DNA of 64,000 nucleotides from Waterburya sp. (GCA_965217895.1 CBDCJV010000002.1:928001-992000), one strand, 5' to 3'; numbered from the stretch's first letter, positions 50,405 to 61,456 are shown. Numbers and translations: made by a program. The notes: generated by a model from the sequence alone, not told the origin.

Positions 50405-51148
50405 TTAAAACAATGAACGCCAGAAAAACCTGGGTAAAAGTAGCATCCGTCGCCAACGCCAAGGCTCTTTATAAAGTCGATAAGACCATTCTAAATTATT
50501 ATTTTTCAACCACTCTGGCGCACGGGATTTGTTTCCAGCCCAAATATCAAAGCTACCACCAACTCCTATCCAAATAGACTGGGGACACAAATCGCGATTA
50601 TCTCTAATCCAAAATTCTTGTCGTGGTACGCCAATGGCAACAAAAATGACTTTAGGCTGTTGAGCTTTAAGGGTTTGCTTCCATTTCTCTTCTTCCTGTC
50701 CACAAATATATCCATGTTGCGTCATAATTTGCAGCTTTGGCAGCTTCTGTTGCCAAGCTACAGCAGCTTGCTTGGCAGTTCCAGGCGCACCACCAAAAAA
50801 GCAGATAACTGGAGGCTCAACAGACTGTCCAATTTCTCTAATTACCGATTCTGCTAGCTCGATGCCAGGACAACGCTGATATTTAATGCCTCGCAGACGC
50901 ATATAGACAATAATGCCTGCTCCATCGGGAATCACTAGCTCTGCTGCTTTGATCGTTTGACCTAAAACACGATCTTCTTTTGCCATCATGCTCATTTCAG
51001 CGTTTAAAGTCACAACATGAGTGCTAATTCCCCGATCTAGTCTAGCCAATAGCCATTTTGTATAGTTATCAATTAAATGAATATGCAGGTCGAAAACGGG
51101 AAAAGTTGTTGGCGAATATAAGTCATTGTTACTATTTGTAGGCAACAT
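50405..51148 (-). CDS. WecB/TagA/CpsF family glycosyltransferase
   Basis: VVTLNAE, IPDGAG, GVPRQE, GVGGSFD and LEWSYRL motifs. Confidence 0.92.
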   Translation of the reverse strand: MLPTNSNNDLYSPTTFPVFDLHIHLIDNYTKWLLARLDRGISTHVVTLNAEMSMMAKEDRVLGQTIKAAELVIPDGAGIIVYMRLRGIKYQRCPGIELAESVIREIGQSVEPPVICFFGGAPGTAKQAAVAWQQKLPKLQIMTQHGYICGQEEEKWKQTLKAQQPKVIFVAIGVPRQEFWIRDNRDLCPQSIWIGVGGSFDIWAGNKSRAPEWLKNNNLEWSYRLYKEPWRWRRMLLLPRFFWRSLF

Positions 51149-51318
51149 ATTTGTTTACTCAGCCTGCAAAGAAAAAATTATCAAAATAATATAGCTCTAG
51201 CCCTTAAGACATAACTAAATAGATATCTTAACAACAGTTAAAGCAGTTCAATCAGTAAAGACGATTATTCGTAGCGGATGGTATGCGCACTTTCCAACTA
51301 TCCTAAGTGTTGCTTAAC

Positions 51319-51645
51319 CTACCCCAGCTTTACTGCTGTTCCTGTAGCGGTAATTAAAAGCAAAACTCCTTTATCGTCAACGCTAATTGTACCTGTATCG
51401 ATTTCAATACCGATTACCGCATCGGCATTTAGTTTTTGGGCGCGCTGCTTTAATTCCTCAATTGCTTTTTGTTGACCTTTTTCAAATACTCTTTCGTAGC
51501 TTCCTGTGCGTCCGCCAATAGTATCCCTAATGCCTGCAAAAAAGTCTCGCAAAACATTAGTACCATAAACGACTTCAGCGGTGACAATGCCGAGATATGT
51601 GGCGATAGGTTGATTTTGTAAAGTATCAGTAGTAGAAACTAACAT
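51319..51645 (-). CDS. YbjQ (UPF0145) family protein
   Basis: DFFAGIRDTIGGRTGSYE, ADAVIG and ATGTAV motifs. Confidence 0.92.
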   Translation of the reverse strand: MLVSTTDTLQNQPIATYLGIVTAEVVYGTNVLRDFFAGIRDTIGGRTGSYERVFEKGQQKAIEELKQRAQKLNADAVIGIEIDTGTISVDDKGVLLLITATGTAVKLG

Positions 51646-51773
51646 TTAGATGAAGATAATAATAATTTAGACTTTGAGTATATTACTAAACTTACTTAAT
51701 TACTAATATATAGCTAGGCAATTAGCAACCCTAGCCTTGGTGTCGCCTAGGGAAGCAAATTAATTAAATAACT

Positions 51774-52805
51774 ATGAAGAGTAGTATTGATAGATTTCAA
51801 GGAACTTATCTTGGTGGCATTGTCGGCGCAGCGATCGCTTCTCCGACAGGGGACAGCGATCGCTTTAAAATAGTTAATTATCAGGGGCAACATTGGCTTA
51901 CTGCCAGGAATGCTTTAGCAGAAACCATAATTGAAGTCCCTAGATTGGAGATCGATGATTTAATTGCTCAATTAGATCGGTTGCTGGAGAATGATAATCC
52001 AGATTGTTTTGGGCAAGCTTTTATCAAAGACAATCAGAACAATAGCTTGAGGCAGAAATCTCTGTCTGAAGCTATTATTCCCAAAAATCAAAAATCAACA
52101 TTATTAAAATGCCACAGTAATATCCTGGTACTGTTACCTTTAATTATATTTTTAAGCGATAATCAAGACCTATTTAAGAAAGTAATTACTCAATGTAATT
52201 TAAATCAAGAAAGTAAGGAAGACATATTAATATGGAGCTACTTATTAAATTTAAATAACAAGTTTGAACTACAGAATAAAAATCTTAGTCAAATAATAAA
52301 ACGAGTATTAACTGATGTACAGTTAAAAACAACTAATTTAACTGAAAAGTTAGAGCTAGTAATTAGGGTGTGGGAGAGTGGTTTAAGCCTGCACGAATTG
52401 ACAGATCAATTGTTGACCTTGGGTAATTCAAAGCAGATAGCAATTGCTTTATCTTGTTATTGTTTTGCTAGTACACCTCAAGATTTTAAGCTCTCTGTCA
52501 AACGTGCTGCAAGTCTTAATCAGAACATAGTTTGGTTGGCAACTTCGCTTACAGGTACTTTATCTGGAGCATATAATGGTGTGACAGGTATACCTTGGAG
52601 TTGGAGAGCGATCGCTGATACAAATCAGACTCATCAACAAGCACAGCATACAGCAATGAATTTGTACAAGACTTGGCTAGGAATATATTCACCCAAAACT
52701 AGTCAAGCTTTATATAATCATGAACTTGATGCCGTTGCCTCGACCAATATAATTCAACCACGTCAATCTTTAAAAATTATTTCTCAAAAATCATATTTAG
52801 GTTAA
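51774..52805 (+). CDS. ADP-ribosylglycohydrolase-like protein (degenerate)
   Basis: DRFQGTYLGGIVG start and TGTLSGAYNGVTGIPWSW end; acidic metal-binding motifs absent. Confidence 0.75.
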   Translation: MKSSIDRFQGTYLGGIVGAAIASPTGDSDRFKIVNYQGQHWLTARNALAETIIEVPRLEIDDLIAQLDRLLENDNPDCFGQAFIKDNQNNSLRQKSLSEAIIPKNQKSTLLKCHSNILVLLPLIIFLSDNQDLFKKVITQCNLNQESKEDILIWSYLLNLNNKFELQNKNLSQIIKRVLTDVQLKTTNLTEKLELVIRVWESGLSLHELTDQLLTLGNSKQIAIALSCYCFASTPQDFKLSVKRAASLNQNIVWLATSLTGTLSGAYNGVTGIPWSWRAIADTNQTHQQAQHTAMNLYKTWLGIYSPKTSQALYNHELDAVASTNIIQPRQSLKIISQKSYLG

Positions 52806-52896
52806 ATAAATTTTTGAAGCTGCTTTTGCCAAAGTTACTGTATGGATTGACCATAATGCAACTAGCATTGGCAAGAGCTTATATGAATCTTCACCT

Positions 52897-55359
52897 ATGA
52901 TGAAAAGCTGGCAATCAATAATTCAAAAATTTGCGGGATGGCGATACAAGTATCTACATCATAGTGACTTTTGGGGGAAAAGTAACTCCAAAAGACAAAA
53001 ACTCAAATTATCTCATAATCATAGTTTTAGTTATCAGCGCAAAAATAGAACAATAAAATCAAGAGATTTGTTGGTAATGTTGGCTTTGAGCATCATAGCT
53101 CTAACTAGTGTTGTTGGTTATCGCTTTTATAATCAGCCACAATTAACCGTGGGCAAAATCTCACCTTTAACGATCAAAGCTCCTTTTTCGGCAGAGTTTG
53201 AAGACACAAAGACTACCTTAGAAAAACGCCAAGAAGTTCAAACAGGTATCATCCCTATCCTCAAGCAAAATCAAGAATCAACCGCAGAAATTAAAAGTAA
53301 GCTTGGGGAATATTTAGTCAGTATCGATGAGCTGAGAAAATTAACCGAACCCTTTCCCTTCTTTAACTCTGAAGCCTTATCCTTAGCAAGCCAAAAATAC
53401 ATCCGTTTTTGCGATGAATCTGAGTTTAAAGCAGTCTTAGCTTCGGTTGCTCAAAATTTTCGCCAAAAAGCAACTAACGGTGAAACAAACTTATCTTTAG
53501 AAAAAAGACCAGATTTTAATGTTGGGCTACAAAAAGTTGCCTCAGAGCTACAGGCATATCGAGAGAAGAGATCGGAAACAGAATTTAATACGTTAATAGC
53601 CCAAATAACTTTAACTCGCTATCGATATTCCCAGGCTTGGAAAAAGCTAGAGCAGAAAAATAATATTCAATTAGACAAAAAGGATCTAGTAGTACTGCTT
53701 GATTTGACCGAGAAGGACTGGCAGGCGACAAAAAATACAGTTTCTCTAGCCGTCAATCGTATATTGATTCAGGGAATATCTTCGGGAATGCCCACTAATT
53801 TATTAGAACAGACTGTCATAGAGCAAATTAATCCAGATATACCCAAGGCAACAGAAAATATAGCCAGTAATCTGCTGCTAGAAATTCTCAAACCTAATCT
53901 AGAAGAAGATAAAGATGCTACGAGAAATATTGCCGAAAAAGCAGCGATGGCGATTGATTCAGTAGTAGTGAAGGCAGAGCAAGGTGATGTCATTGTTGAA
54001 GAAGGAGCAAGAATTACTCAAGCAGATTTTGTCTTGCTAGATGGTTTCAAACTAAGCCAAAGAAGCATTAACTGGTCAGGACTGAGATTATCGGCAATTT
54101 TTGTCAGCTTTATGGTTGGTTTATTTTTACTGATCCAAAGAAAAATTTTCACCTCTATTCGTCATCGAGATTATTTATTACTCTGTTTATTAAGTTTGAG
54201 CGCACCATTATTAAGCGTGTTTAACGTACCTTATACTAGTTTGCCAGCTATAGGTCTTTTGGTTAGCAGCTTTTATGCTCCTAGTTTGGCTATCTGGGAG
54301 GTAATTCTGGTGACAGGATTGGTTATGTTTAGTAATCAAAACTTAGGCTCTCCCTACCTACTAGCAGGATGTTGTGGGGGACTAGTTGCAGCTATCTTTG
54401 CGGGAAGATTGCGATCGCGCGAAGGTATAGCTAGATTAGGTATTATGGTGGGTCTGACTCAAGCAGCAGTTTATCTAATTGCTAATTTAATTTTGAGTGC
54501 TAGTCCATCTTCAATCTGGTCAGCAATTTTACCCGATGCCTCAATTTGTGGTCTGTTTGGAGTTGCCTGGAGCGTAGTGGCTATTGGCATATCACCTTAT
54601 CTAGAGAGATTTTTTGACCTTGTTACCCCCATTCGTTTGGCAGAGCTATCTAATCCCAATCTGCCGTTGCTAAAACGCCTGGCAACCGAAGCTCCAGGAA
54701 CATTTCAACATACAATGTTTGTGTCTTCTTTAGCCGAGGCTGCTGCTAGAGAACTTAACTGCAATGTCGAGCTAATTAGAGCAGGAACTCTTTATCACGA
54801 TATAGGTAAGATGCACGATCCGATGGGCTTTATTGAAAATCAGATGGGCGAGCCTAACAAACACGATGAGATTGATGACCCCTGGGTAAGTGCCAAAATA
54901 ATTAAAAAGCACGTCAGCGAAGGAATAGTAATGGCTCGCAAATACGGTTTGCCTAAGGCAATTCGCGATTTTATCCCCGAACACCAAGGAACTTTACTAA
55001 TTGCCTATTTTTACTATCAGGCAAAACAAAAGGCAGAAGCCGAAGGAACAACCGTATTAGAGTCAGATTTTCGTTATATAGGTCCAATTCCACAGTCAAG
55101 AGAAGCAGGGATTATGATGTTAGCCGACGGTTGCGAGGCTGCATTGCGATCGCTAAAAGATGTAACTCATAAACAGGCTTTATCCACAGTGCAGAAAATT
55201 TTAAAATCTCGCTGGCTAGATAGTCAATTGCTTGACAGTGGACTAAGTTATGATGAATTGCCAAGAATTGCTGAAGTTTTTATTCGCGTTTGGCAACAGT
55301 CTAATCATAAGCGCATTGTCTATCCTCAAGGAGCTTTGGATTTTAAATCTCAGAAATAA
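52897..55359 (+). CDS. 7TM-HD (HDIG) phosphohydrolase, PgpH-like
   Basis: Large extracytoplasmic domain, multi-TM region, APGTFQH, YHDIGK, EHQGT and MLADGCEAA motifs. Confidence 0.9.
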   Translation: MMKSWQSIIQKFAGWRYKYLHHSDFWGKSNSKRQKLKLSHNHSFSYQRKNRTIKSRDLLVMLALSIIALTSVVGYRFYNQPQLTVGKISPLTIKAPFSAEFEDTKTTLEKRQEVQTGIIPILKQNQESTAEIKSKLGEYLVSIDELRKLTEPFPFFNSEALSLASQKYIRFCDESEFKAVLASVAQNFRQKATNGETNLSLEKRPDFNVGLQKVASELQAYREKRSETEFNTLIAQITLTRYRYSQAWKKLEQKNNIQLDKKDLVVLLDLTEKDWQATKNTVSLAVNRILIQGISSGMPTNLLEQTVIEQINPDIPKATENIASNLLLEILKPNLEEDKDATRNIAEKAAMAIDSVVVKAEQGDVIVEEGARITQADFVLLDGFKLSQRSINWSGLRLSAIFVSFMVGLFLLIQRKIFTSIRHRDYLLLCLLSLSAPLLSVFNVPYTSLPAIGLLVSSFYAPSLAIWEVILVTGLVMFSNQNLGSPYLLAGCCGGLVAAIFAGRLRSREGIARLGIMVGLTQAAVYLIANLILSASPSSIWSAILPDASICGLFGVAWSVVAIGISPYLERFFDLVTPIRLAELSNPNLPLLKRLATEAPGTFQHTMFVSSLAEAAARELNCNVELIRAGTLYHDIGKMHDPMGFIENQMGEPNKHDEIDDPWVSAKIIKKHVSEGIVMARKYGLPKAIRDFIPEHQGTLLIAYFYYQAKQKAEAEGTTVLESDFRYIGPIPQSREAGIMMLADGCEAALRSLKDVTHKQALSTVQKILKSRWLDSQLLDSGLSYDELPRIAEVFIRVWQQSNHKRIVYPQGALDFKSQK

Positions 55360-55452
55360 ATGATCCAATAGCTCTAAGCTTTAGGCTATAAGCTATCAGC
55401 TTGGATTTGAAAGCTCAAGACTAAAGGCACTTAGGCTTTAAACAGTTATATT

Positions 55453-56862
55453 ATGAGCAAGGATAATTTATATTCAGCGCAAAGTATTACCGTGGGCAAA
55501 AAAACTTCGAGACAGGAAAACCATTTAAATCAGGCTCGTGCTAGCCTACAGCAGGCGATTTCTTGGTATTCTGGTTTTCGTCGTCATGGTAATTCTCCTC
55601 CAAATGAACGTTTACAGGCTTCTGTCAGAAAAGATTTACAGTCTTTACAAAACGCCCTGGATAAATTAGACCGCAATGCAATTCGCATCAGTACTTTTGG
55701 TTTAGTTAGCTGCGGAAAATCTTCTTTGATTAATGCCCTATTAGAAGAAGAGGTAGTTGCCACAGGACCTTTGCATGGTGTAACCCAATCTTTGACTGTT
55801 CTACAGTGGAGTCCATTACTAGATAAAAGCATCAACGTTGAGTTGATTGATACTCCTGGCTTAGATGAAGTGGCAGGAGAATCACGGGCAGCTATGGCGA
55901 GGGAAATAGCCCAAAAGTCGGACTTGATTTTGTTTGTAGTGGCAGGGGATATTACCCGCACCGAGTATGAGGCTTTATGTGAGTTAAGAAGTACTCAAAA
56001 ACCTCTAATTTTGGTTTTTAATAAAGTCGATCTCTATCCAGATCGCGATCGCCAAAAAATTTATCAACAATTACAGCAGCTAAATGCAGCACACAGCTTC
56101 GGCAGTTTAGATGATCTTATCGCCCCTCATGAAATTGTCATGGTGGCTGCCAAACCTCAAGCAATCAAAATTAGAGTAGAATCGGCTGATGGCAAGGTTG
56201 AAACTAGCTGGGAAAACCCCGAACCTGAGATTGCAGAATTACAGACAGCTTTGCAGCAGATCTTACAACAGGAGGGAAAATCTTTACTCTCCTTAAATGC
56301 TTTAGTACAGGCGAGGGATGCGGAGGTTAATATTGCCCACAAAACCATTGAACTACGCCAAGAAGAAGCAGAGAAAATAATTGCCAAATATGCCCGCTAC
56401 AAGGCGATCGCCGTAGCGATTAATCCAATTATCTTTGTTGACCTAATTGGTGGTTTTATTGCCGATTTAGCCTTGATTCGCTCGCTATCAAAGCTATACG
56501 GACTACCTATTACTACCTACGAGGCAGGCAACCTCCTAAAACGGATTTTAGCTAGCTCTGGCGGTTTACTGTTTAGTGAAATTGGCAGTAGTTTGGTTCT
56601 GGGGGTAGGTAAAAGTGGTGCGGTTTTAACCAGTGGCTTCGAGAGTTCAGGCGCAATTACGGCTTATCTAGGTACGGCTAGTCTCCAAGGAGCGATCGCA
56701 GGTTATGGGTCTTATGTAGTTGGTAGAGTCGCTCAGCTATATTTAGAACAGGGCTGTACCTGGGGGGAAATGGGAGCATCTACCCTAATTAAAGAGATTC
56801 TATCTCAGGTAGAACCAAATACAATTATTTATCGTTTACGCCAGGAATTGCTGCAACAATAA
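55453..56862 (+). CDS. GTP-binding protein with DUF697 C-terminus
   Basis: GLVSCGKSS, DTPG and NKVD G-motifs; hydrophobic glycine-rich C-terminus. Confidence 0.88.
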   Translation: MSKDNLYSAQSITVGKKTSRQENHLNQARASLQQAISWYSGFRRHGNSPPNERLQASVRKDLQSLQNALDKLDRNAIRISTFGLVSCGKSSLINALLEEEVVATGPLHGVTQSLTVLQWSPLLDKSINVELIDTPGLDEVAGESRAAMAREIAQKSDLILFVVAGDITRTEYEALCELRSTQKPLILVFNKVDLYPDRDRQKIYQQLQQLNAAHSFGSLDDLIAPHEIVMVAAKPQAIKIRVESADGKVETSWENPEPEIAELQTALQQILQQEGKSLLSLNALVQARDAEVNIAHKTIELRQEEAEKIIAKYARYKAIAVAINPIIFVDLIGGFIADLALIRSLSKLYGLPITTYEAGNLLKRILASSGGLLFSEIGSSLVLGVGKSGAVLTSGFESSGAITAYLGTASLQGAIAGYGSYVVGRVAQLYLEQGCTWGEMGASTLIKEILSQVEPNTIIYRLRQELLQQ

Positions 56863-56863
56863 A

Positions 56864-56888
56864 TCAATTATCAATTATCAATTATCAA
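56864..56888. repeat. Heptamer tandem repeat (TCAATTA)n
   Basis: TCAATTA-TCAATTA-TCAATTA-TCAA fills the gap before thrB. Confidence 0.8.
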
Positions 56889-57808
56889 TGAATCAAGTTA
56901 CCGTAAGTGTTCCTGCAACTACAGCTAATTTAGGAGTTGGTTTTGACTGTATTGGCGCAGCTTTAACTATGGCTAATGAGTTTAAGTTTACTGAGGTCGA
57001 TACTGATAATAAGCTGAGGATAAATGTAACGGGAAAAGAGGCTTATAAGGTAAGTAAGAAAGAAAATAATCTTATCTATCAAGCTTTTTTAAGGCTTTAT
57101 CAACAAATCGGTAAAACGCCTCCCAACATAGAGCTAGATATCAAGTTAGAAGTACCTTTGTCAAGAGGTTTGGGCAGTTCGGCTACGGCAATTGTCGGCG
57201 GTTTATTAGGAGCAAATGCTTTAGCCCGAAACCCTTTAAATAAAGTTGAAATTATCGAGATGGCGATCGCCATTGAAGGTCATCCTGATAACGTCGTTCC
57301 CGCTTTGTTGGGCAATTGCCAACTATCGGTAGGGTCAGGAAGTAACTGGCAAATATGCTCTATTCCTTGGCATCAGGATATTATTCCTGTAGTAGCTATT
57401 CCCAATTTTGAACTGTCTACGAAAGAGGCTCGTTCTGTTTTGCCCCAAAAATATAGCCGTAGCGATGCAATTTTCAATATCTCCCGCATGGGTTTACTAT
57501 TAAGAGCTTTAGAAACCCATAATGAGTCATGGCTAAAAACGGCTTTAGCAGACAAAATACATCAACCCTATCGGCAGCAACTAATTACTGGTTACCCTGA
57601 AGTGCAGCAGGCTGCTATTGCTGCTGGTGCTTATGGCATGGTAATTAGTGGTGCAGGACCGACTTTACTAGCGTTAACCAATGCTAATCAAGTAGATCGG
57701 GTAGTTAAATCAATGGCTGAAGCCTGGTCACAAATTGGTATTGTGGCAACAGTGCGATCGCTTTCTTTAGATACAGTGGGGGCAAAGGTTTACTATGCAG
57801 ATTCTTGA
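56888..57808 (+). CDS. thrB: Homoserine kinase
   Basis: PATTANLGVGFD, PLSRGLGSSA, EGHPDN, HQPYR and ISGAGPT motifs. Confidence 0.96.
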   Translation: MNQVTVSVPATTANLGVGFDCIGAALTMANEFKFTEVDTDNKLRINVTGKEAYKVSKKENNLIYQAFLRLYQQIGKTPPNIELDIKLEVPLSRGLGSSATAIVGGLLGANALARNPLNKVEIIEMAIAIEGHPDNVVPALLGNCQLSVGSGSNWQICSIPWHQDIIPVVAIPNFELSTKEARSVLPQKYSRSDAIFNISRMGLLLRALETHNESWLKTALADKIHQPYRQQLITGYPEVQQAAIAAGAYGMVISGAGPTLLALTNANQVDRVVKSMAEAWSQIGIVATVRSLSLDTVGAKVYYADS

Positions 57809-58301
57809 AACTCCTCGGCTGATTCTAAGATATTTAACTATTCGTGATAGCGAGGCTTTAATACCAATTTTAGGCGATCCTCAAGTAATGGAATTTTCGC
57901 TTATTGGAGTCCATGACCGTCGGCAAATTCGGCAATTTATTGAACAGAGGCTATTATCCTACCTAGAGCGTGGTTTTGGGCTATATGCTTTAATTCACAA
58001 GCAAAACCAAGAGTTAATTGGCTACTGTGGCTTTTTTGTTCAGAAAGTAGATGAGCAAAAAGAAGTTGAAATTGGCTATCGTTTGGCTAGTCAATATTGG
58101 GGAGAGGGGTTAGCCACTGAAGCAGCCACAGCGGTTTTAGAATATGGTCGCTCCAGATTCATGTTTAAACGCTTTGTCTGTCTGATTGAACCAGCTAACA
58201 CTCGTTCTATTCGCGTAGCTCAAAAACTAGGTATGAAATTAGAAAAAGAGATTATTTATCATGGCATCGATGTAGAAATGTACAGTGTTACTTGTGAATG
58301 A
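57795..58301 (+). CDS. GNAT (RimJ/RimL-type) N-acetyltransferase
   Basis: LETPRLILR, EIGYRL, YWGEGLATEA and NTRSIRVAQKLG motifs. Confidence 0.92.
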   Translation: MQILETPRLILRYLTIRDSEALIPILGDPQVMEFSLIGVHDRRQIRQFIEQRLLSYLERGFGLYALIHKQNQELIGYCGFFVQKVDEQKEVEIGYRLASQYWGEGLATEAATAVLEYGRSRFMFKRFVCLIEPANTRSIRVAQKLGMKLEKEIIYHGIDVEMYSVTCE

Positions 58302-58414
58302 TATTCTTCTCCTGAGAAACCAAAAACGATAATCGAATTTCACTAGATTAGTATAATTCTGATTTTAGCGTCGCATATTGTCTCGATGTTAATAATTGCG
58401 AAATACATTAATTT

Positions 58415-59584
58415 TTAAACATCTTCAGAGTCTAAAGTTTTATCTTCGTTTTGCTCTATTTTTTGAACTTCAGTGGTGATATTAATTTCTGTGGTGGTCA
58501 CTTCAATAATATTAGACTGATCTGACTCTCGATTACTTAACGCATCTTCAGGTATCGCTTCTAATACTTCAGCAACTTCAACTGTTTCTAAAGAATCCAA
58601 GGGAGATGGTTTTTTTTCGGTTATGGCTTTAATCTCTGGAACTTCTGTTGCGTCAGGAGCAGTTTCTGCTTCAATCTTATTAGGGGTAGCAGATTCATCT
58701 TCAGACTTAACTTCAGGTTGTTCAGCTATTGACGGAGTAGTCTTTGGCTCAGATGTAGAAATGTTTTTTGAGCTTTTTGCGGTGTCAACTACCTTGTCTC
58801 GATCGACTACCGATGCTTGGGATTGAGTAGTTGGGATATTAGCTTCTGCTTCTTCTTGGGGTCGATCGCCTTGAAAATCGGCTATTTGTTGAGGAACTTT
58901 TATCTGTTTGTTTGCCTCAGATTTGGCTATTTCTGGCTGAGGTTCGACTGTATCTGGAGCAGTAGCTTTTGGCGCGGTAATTGGCTGTGTTTCTGCAACA
59001 GGTTCGCTAGTAGGATTAGTTGCTGTGGTATTTTGTGCTTCTTCTAAGATATCGTCTAGCTTGGTATTAGTAATAGCAGCCTTTTGCTTGTTACCAAACA
59101 ATCTGCCCAATACTCCTGATTTACTTTTATTACCGCCAGAGATTTTCTTATTATTCTGTAATTTACTTTCTGGTGAAGTCGTCTCAGGAATAGCTATTTC
59201 TTGTTCGGTAACTTTAGCTGGAGTTGCAGTGTTATAAGGTTCGACTGGCTGATATTTTGGTTCGCTACGCTTTAGTAAACCGTTGAGTTTCTGTAGTACA
59301 GAAAAATTATTGATGGCAGATGCCTTAGTAGGATTGGCGACTGCTTTTCTCAACTTAAGAGTTTGCCAACTATAAGAAACGATTAAGACTGTTGCTGCTG
59401 CTTGTCCTAATAGCACAGCACCAGTAATGTTTCTCGCACAAAACCACAGCACCAAGGCATAAAACAAGCCTACTCCACTCCAGAGAAAATCATCTCGACG
59501 ATGAATGTCAGAAATTAAAAAAGCTGTTGAGAATAAAACTAAACTACTTAAGGTTATCGCGATCGCCAAGGCATATGACAGCAT
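58415..59584 (-). CDS. Ycf66 family membrane protein with long acidic, proline-rich tail
   Basis: IHRRDDFLWSGVGLFYALVLW...GAVLLGQ N-terminal domain. Confidence 0.8.
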   Translation of the reverse strand: MLSYALAIAITLSSLVLFSTAFLISDIHRRDDFLWSGVGLFYALVLWFCARNITGAVLLGQAAATVLIVSYSWQTLKLRKAVANPTKASAINNFSVLQKLNGLLKRSEPKYQPVEPYNTATPAKVTEQEIAIPETTSPESKLQNNKKISGGNKSKSGVLGRLFGNKQKAAITNTKLDDILEEAQNTTATNPTSEPVAETQPITAPKATAPDTVEPQPEIAKSEANKQIKVPQQIADFQGDRPQEEAEANIPTTQSQASVVDRDKVVDTAKSSKNISTSEPKTTPSIAEQPEVKSEDESATPNKIEAETAPDATEVPEIKAITEKKPSPLDSLETVEVAEVLEAIPEDALSNRESDQSNIIEVTTTEINITTEVQKIEQNEDKTLDSEDV

Positions 59585-59739
59585 TTTTCTGACTCCATCT
59601 CTGATTTCTCTATATATTTTGCGACAAGAACTTAAGATTTTGTAGTAATTGCAGTATTTTGTAAAGGAGAGCGTTGAGACTAGTAGATAATTTTTCTCTG
59701 CTTCCCTTCTTTTATACTGTAGTTTATTAACTATTTATT

Positions 59740-61188
59740 GTGGCTAGTTGGAAATTAAATAGACTTTGGCAGACTCTTACTTACTTTGAAGTTATTTCTC
59801 TAATTAGTTCTTGGCGAAACATTTTCAAGTTTAATCAATTTAAAAATTATAATCAACAAACAACTATGACAATTCTAGTAGCTGGAGCAACGGGTGGAGT
59901 AGGTAAACGTGTAGTCAAAAATTTACTTGAGCAAAATTATCGCGTTAGAGCTTTAGTTAGAGATGCAGCCAAAGCCCAAGATATGCTCTCAGATAAGATA
60001 GAACTATTTGAAGCTGACATTACTATCCCAGAAACCCTCAAGCCAGAAATGATGCAGGGAGTAAGCGCAGTTATTTGCTGCACAGGCACAAAAGTTCAGC
60101 CAGTGGAAGGGGATACCCCAACGCGAGAGAAATATTACCAGGGAATTAAGTTTTACCTGCCTGAAGTAGTCGATACTCCAGAGTTAGTCGAATACGCAGG
60201 GATCAAAAATCTGGTCAAAGTTGTCTCGCAGCATATTTCTTCTGCTACTGATAAAGTGTTGTTTGATTTTGCTCATCCCAACACCGATATAAAAGAAACT
60301 TGGGGTGCAGTAGATGATGTGGTCATGGGAGGAGTAAGTCAGAGTAATATTCGTCTAGCGGAGAATAAAGCCATTTTTTCAGGTATTGTATCCACTGACA
60401 ATAACGGCGGTTTTGCTTCGGTGCGTACTCGTAATTTTGAGCCACCCCTGGATTTATCTAATTACGAGGGAATAGAGTTAAAAGTGATTGGTGATGGTAA
60501 ACGCTATAAGTTTATTACTCGCTGTGAAGGTAAATGGGATGGAGTAGGTTATTGTCATTCTTTTGATACAGTTTATGATTTTCCGACGACTATTCGTATT
60601 CCCTTTCAAGATTTGATTCCTGTCTTTCGCGCTAAAACCGTCACCGAAGCAAGTGAATTAGATGCTGCTAAAGTTTACTCCATGCAGTTGATGTTAAGTA
60701 AGTTTGAATACGATGGTGAACTAAATCCTCAGTTTGAAGCGGGATCGTTTAGCTTAGAGGTTGAATATATCAAAGCCTATGGTGGTCAAGCAAAACCTCA
60801 ATTTGTCCAGGTAAGTTCAGCGGGTGTTACTCGCCCTAACCGTCCAGGAATTAACTTAGAAGAAGAACCCCCTGCGGTACGGATGAATGAGCAATTAGGC
60901 GGCATTTTGACCTGGAAACTACGAGGCGAAGAAGCTATCAAAGCCAGTGGCTTAACCTATACAATTATTCGTCCCTGTGCTTTAACCGAACAACCAGGAG
61001 ATAAAATTCTAGCTGCCGAACAAGGAGATAATATTAGGGGACAAGTCAGCCGAGATGCGATCGCCCAATTGTGTATTCAGGCATTAAATCTCCCCGAAGC
61101 AGTGAATAAAACTTTTGAAGTTAGAGAAGAACAGCAGGGTGATACTAATTGGAAAAAGCTATTTAATAATCTACAAGCAGATAGTTGA
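59740..61188 (+). CDS. NAD(P)-binding protein with inserted CIA30 domain
   Basis: VAGATGGVG, WGAVDDVVMGGVS, NNGGFASVR, LMLSKFEYDG and YTIIRP motifs. Confidence 0.92.
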   Translation: MASWKLNRLWQTLTYFEVISLISSWRNIFKFNQFKNYNQQTTMTILVAGATGGVGKRVVKNLLEQNYRVRALVRDAAKAQDMLSDKIELFEADITIPETLKPEMMQGVSAVICCTGTKVQPVEGDTPTREKYYQGIKFYLPEVVDTPELVEYAGIKNLVKVVSQHISSATDKVLFDFAHPNTDIKETWGAVDDVVMGGVSQSNIRLAENKAIFSGIVSTDNNGGFASVRTRNFEPPLDLSNYEGIELKVIGDGKRYKFITRCEGKWDGVGYCHSFDTVYDFPTTIRIPFQDLIPVFRAKTVTEASELDAAKVYSMQLMLSKFEYDGELNPQFEAGSFSLEVEYIKAYGGQAKPQFVQVSSAGVTRPNRPGINLEEEPPAVRMNEQLGGILTWKLRGEEAIKASGLTYTIIRPCALTEQPGDKILAAEQGDNIRGQVSRDAIAQLCIQALNLPEAVNKTFEVREEQQGDTNWKKLFNNLQADS

Positions 61189-61218
61189 ACTCAAATTTTA
61201 AAACTCGTTACTCTGATT

Positions 61219-61258
61219 CGAGCGTATGTGCGGAAGTGCGCCTTTGTCTTGCGCCTGT
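61219..61258 (-). repeat. Partial, diverged third copy of family D repeat
   Basis: Reverse complement contains AGGCGCAAGACAAAGGC...CCGCA-CATACGC, similar to 8311-8343 and 20480-20513. Confidence 0.5.
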
Positions 61259-61282
61259 CAAATCTACTCATTACTTGTTACT

Positions 61283-61456
61283 TAACCTGAGTTCGGGATA
61301 AGTCCAAACCCTTGCTATACAAGTAATTGAAAAACCGTTTTTTCCAATTAAATTTAAAACTTAGAGGATTGAGGAATCTTTCAAAAGCTAATAGCTAATA
61401 GCCAATAGCTGATAGCTACCTTAACAGACTAATCGTGTTAATCCGAACTGACGTTA
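61283..61456. mobile_element. MITE with TA ends
   Basis: TIRs TAACCTGAGTTCGGGATAA / TAACGTCAGTTCGGATTAA (reverse complement); internal GCTAATA-type heptamers; its end coincides with the neighbouring TAA stop codon. Confidence 0.8.
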
